This document shows positions 60,646 through 64,000 of a DNA stretch of 64,000 nt, piece after piece. Made by a program: the position numbers and the translations under genes. Within the stretch, counting starts at the first letter, position 1. Each line of letters begins with the position of its first letter. Origin of the DNA: Eledone cirrhosa (lineage: Eukaryota); NCBI GenBank assembly GCA_964016885.1, contig OZ024741.1, positions 336,412,001 through 336,476,000 on the forward strand. Reading direction: 5' to 3'. Under the pieces are notes generated by a model. The model was not told the origin of the DNA. It saw only the letters and a list, made by a program, of their open reading frames with translations, and did no database searches.

Positions 60646-61574
60646 GAATTGTTAGGGAGAATTATTTAATAATTACTGGCATTTTTCTATATAGGATATT
60701 ATCTCTTACTGAAACAGTTTCACAAAACAGCAAAGGGGGCAATTGCCCTGGGCCCACCAGTGATGGTTGTAGCAATTTCTTTGTGCCCTCTGCTGGGCTT
60801 TTTAGTTCTATCCCTTTGATGAGAACTATATTTTTAACCAAAAGTATTTAATGTCCTTATTGTGGGAAAATTCATCAAATTTTCTTATTACCCGTGTGTA
60901 TAACTTTTCAATTCCAATTACTTGTGCCAAGCTGACTTTGATATATAAAATTTGGGGTTTTCTGTGTCTTCTAATTTTTGTGTATGACCACCATCCCCGC
61001 ATAAAAAAACAAAAAACTTATGTGCCCAGGAGCCACCAAAGTCTAAATCTGGCCCTGCATAGTTATGCTGAATCTCCCCAAGAATTACCCATTTCCGTAG
61101 AATGCTTAGCCACTTACACGTTATGAGCAGGCTATTCCATTGATGAGACTACTGGCACACACATCGTCAAAACAGATGGAGGCCCATTTCATAATGGTGG
61201 TTAAGTATATGAGGGGTGGGGGGGGGGGGGCTTCATTTCACCCTGACTGCTACTAATTATTAAATTGTTTTGTGGAAATTCAATGACATTATCCTCATTA
61301 ATATTACTCCCCTATCAACATAAAATTTGAAGGCATCATTATTAAAAAAAATTAAGAACTTTAGATTTATTAGACTGCAATAAAGAATAAAAATATTCAG
61401 TAATAAATGCATTAATTCTTTCATTACCATATTTCTCATGAAATACATTGAATGCATTTCAGTTAATGTTAAAAATATCCAAAAATTTGGATGGTTTTTA
61501 ATAAAATAACTTTTCATTATGTTACTGTTTGTATGTATGTATGGTTCATAGGTGTACTGTATTGCCATATGGCG

Positions 61575-61779
61575 TTTCTAGACCATTTTTAAAAACCTGG
61601 TGAAGCCCATCTCCTCTCGAGGCCTGAATAGAGCAGATTTCTTTCAGAGAAGTATAGAGAGAATGGAAGTGAGAAAGAAATATAGAGGACGAATTGACCC
61701 CAGTACTAAACTGGTACTTTTTTTCTTTTATCAAACTCAAAAGGCTGAAAGGCAAAGTTGACCTTGTCAGGATTTGAAA
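61575..61779 (-). mobile_element. SINE (family 1), head truncated at the B-box
   Basis: Colinear with 49812-49997. Confidence 0.8.
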
Positions 61780-61849
61780 TGTTGCTGTTTAGAACGTAAT
61801 AAAAAAATGTTCTTATATAGAATTTTAATATCAATGAATGCTTGAAAAT

Positions 61850-61909
61850 GAACTGTTTTATCACAGAACTGTGAGGCAATATCAGGCAGGCTGCTATGAA
61901 AAGAGTTAA
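61850..61909. mobile_element. right end of a piggyBac-type MITE
   Basis: ATCACAGAAC...CAGGCAGGCTGCTATGAAAAGAG|TTAA resembles 50950-50998. Confidence 0.4.
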
Positions 61910-62290
61910 GAAAGGTAATTATTTCTTCAATAGAAAATACTTTCCCTTTGTCCGTGTCTATTCTTAAGGTCCACCAATTATAGTATTAACTTTATAATGA
62001 GGTTTATGCTAGCTATTATAAAATAAATAGCCACTGGTCAACTATTTTAATCTTCTTGAGAGAGATTTACTTTTATCCAGCTGAAGATTTAAATAATTTA
62101 TTACACATTAAGTTAATTTTAATAGCAGAATAAAATAAAGTCATTGGTCAATAAAAATTTTTATCTTTAATAGTATCTTAATTAATTAGTGAGTTTAGAA
62201 ATTGTTAACGATGCAGATTTTATTATATATATTTTTTGAATTTGAAATAGGTGATAATCATTTTCTTTATTGCATCAGTATTTTAGGTTC

Positions 62291-62562
62291 AAAGGTGATG
62301 AATTGGCAGAGTCAGAACGTTGGCTAGAATGTTTTGCTGTATTCATTTCGGCTTTCTGAGTTCAAATCTCACTGAGATCAACTTTGACTTTCATCCATTC
62401 AAGTTCAATAAAAAAAAAAGTAGCTCTCTGGTACTGGGCTGGATTCTTTGTCTATATCTCTTTCTCATTTCCCTTCTCTCACTCTCTCTCCTTCTCTGAA
62501 AGAAATCTCCTGTATTCAGACCTGGAGAGGAGATGAGCTCCATCGGGTTTTTAAAAATGCCC
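62291..62562 (+). mobile_element. near full-length SINE (family 1)
   Basis: GAATTGGCAGAGTCA (A-box-like), CTGAGTTCAAATCTC (B-box), core and 3' region match 49812 and 61575. Confidence 0.85.
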
Positions 62563-62865
62563 ATGTCAATATACAGTCCCTATGGGAGTTACGGGATTGT
62601 GCATGTATGCGTTTTAGGCTTATGAGTTGATAGCATGATAAGGCTGGGTATTAAAATGATAGGAGGATAAATAAGGTCCAACCCTAAGTTGTGGAAATGT
62701 TGACCTCACAAACATGTTTAAAATTCCTACTGCCCCAAGGTTTGGAAATAGTGGTTTAGTAGAAATATGAGGGGGTGGATGACAAAGATTTGATAGAAGA
62801 TGAAACAGAGAGAGAGGAGGTACAAAGATGGGAATATGATATTCTTAAACTGATTGCAAATAGGG

Positions 62866-63545
62866 TCATCATTTTCCATCTATTTTCCATACTAGCAGGA
62901 TGTCCATACCATCCATCTTTCACATGGCTTCTACAGCTGAATGCTCTTTCTAATGCCAACAACTTTACAGAGTGTGCTTGGTACATTTATTATTGTACCA
63001 GCACTACCACTTTACAGAGTGTATTGGGTGTATCTATCATGGCACCATCACTGCTATTTTACAGAATGTACAGGGTGAATTTATTGGGGCACCATCACTA
63101 CTATTTTACAGAATGTACTGGGTGTATTTCATAATGATACTAGCACTTCTACTTTACAGATGTATTTATCATGGCACTAGCACTACCAGTTTACAGAATT
63201 TACTGGGTGTATTTATCATGACACCAGCACTACCACTTTAGAGGGTGTACTGGGTGTATGTATCATGACACTAGCACTATTATTTTACAGAGTGTACCTG
63301 GGTGTATTTCTCATGACACTAGCACTGCTAGTTTACAGAATATACTAGGTGTATTTTATAATGACACTAGCACCACCATTTTACAAAGGTAACTGGATGT
63401 ATTTATGATGACACTAGCGTTACCACATTACAGTATGTGCTGGTTGTATTTATCATGGCACTCACACTACTACTTTACAGAGTCTACTGGGTGTATTTAT
63501 CATGACACTAACACTACCACTTTACAGAGTGTTGTAGGTGTATTT
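62866..63545 (-). mobile_element. old RTE-3'UTR-derived element with an array of ~13 units of ~47 bp (62964-63545)
   Basis: Tail remnant CATCTATTTTCCATACTAGCAGG, one CTACAGCTGAATGCTCTTTCTAATGCCAAC module, then TTTACAGAGTGTACTGGGTGTATTTATCATGACACTAGCACTACCAC-type units. Confidence 0.85.
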
Positions 63546-63819
63546 ACTGCATTATATGATACAAACAAATGAACAAACCCTTTTGACTTGTCTCACTAAA
63601 AAATTAGAAAAAAAAGAAATAATGTTTACATAAACCCCCTATAAAAAAAACCCTTATCTTTAAAGTTTATGTTTTTATTACACATCACATCTGTAATGTT
63701 AGTTTTATATTAATTATATATTAAATAGATTTGCCAAGAATATCAAGCAAGAATATTAATATAGTATTGGACTTACATTGACAGCTTCATCTCGTGACAA
63801 CATAAATCCATTATAAATA

Positions 63820-64000
63820 TATTTGTGTATGTGTATATATGTCTGTATTTGCCTGGTTGTGTGTGAATGTTTAGTGTTTGCATGGTTGTGTGTATGTGTT
63901 TGCATGGTTGTGTATGTGTATGTGTGTGTATGTATGTGTTTGTGCATGTAGGGGTGTGTGAGTTTGTGTGTGAGTCTGTGTTTGCATGGTTGTATGTGTG
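63820..64000. repeat. degenerate (TG)n microsatellite with a TTTGCATGGTTG motif
   Basis: Direct reading. Confidence 0.85.

Noticed and set aside
60735-61057. MITE with a CAGGGCCAGATTT-type end (and a similar end at 36556)
   Set aside because: Only one convincing terminus each and no TSD; not supportable as a defined element.

Overview
Eukaryotic, repeat-dominated, AT-rich DNA. The SINE cores, RTE tails and (TA)n load suggest a coleoid cephalopod (Octopus-like); this is an inference. No host gene can be called with confidence. 1-31479 is a ~2,100-copy 15-bp satellite (AAGGTA[G/C]TCTGTAGG) with a binary G/C variant pattern, only three register breaks and long-range internal duplications. 37737-46185 is a second, CAA-rich compound satellite whose unit changes along the array. 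The rest is a transposon mosaic: 5'-truncated RTE-clade LINE copies (one keeps an open 374-codon RT/PHD-like fragment), tRNA-derived SINEs, mariner/hAT/piggyBac/Tc-type MITEs, a decayed Charlie/Buster-type hAT transposase split by a mariner MITE, and a CR1/L2-like 3' end. The most notable structures are (i) a ~6.1-kb nest of seven insertions, all inside TA-rich microsatellite and bracketed by an older 57-bp inverted repeat, (ii) an RTE-3'UTR-derived element with two independently expanding VNTR modules, and (iii) a hairpin-dense ~600-bp element that may carry a retrotransposon 5' ribozyme-like RNA. Almost all ORFs in the supplied track are artefacts of simple repeats.
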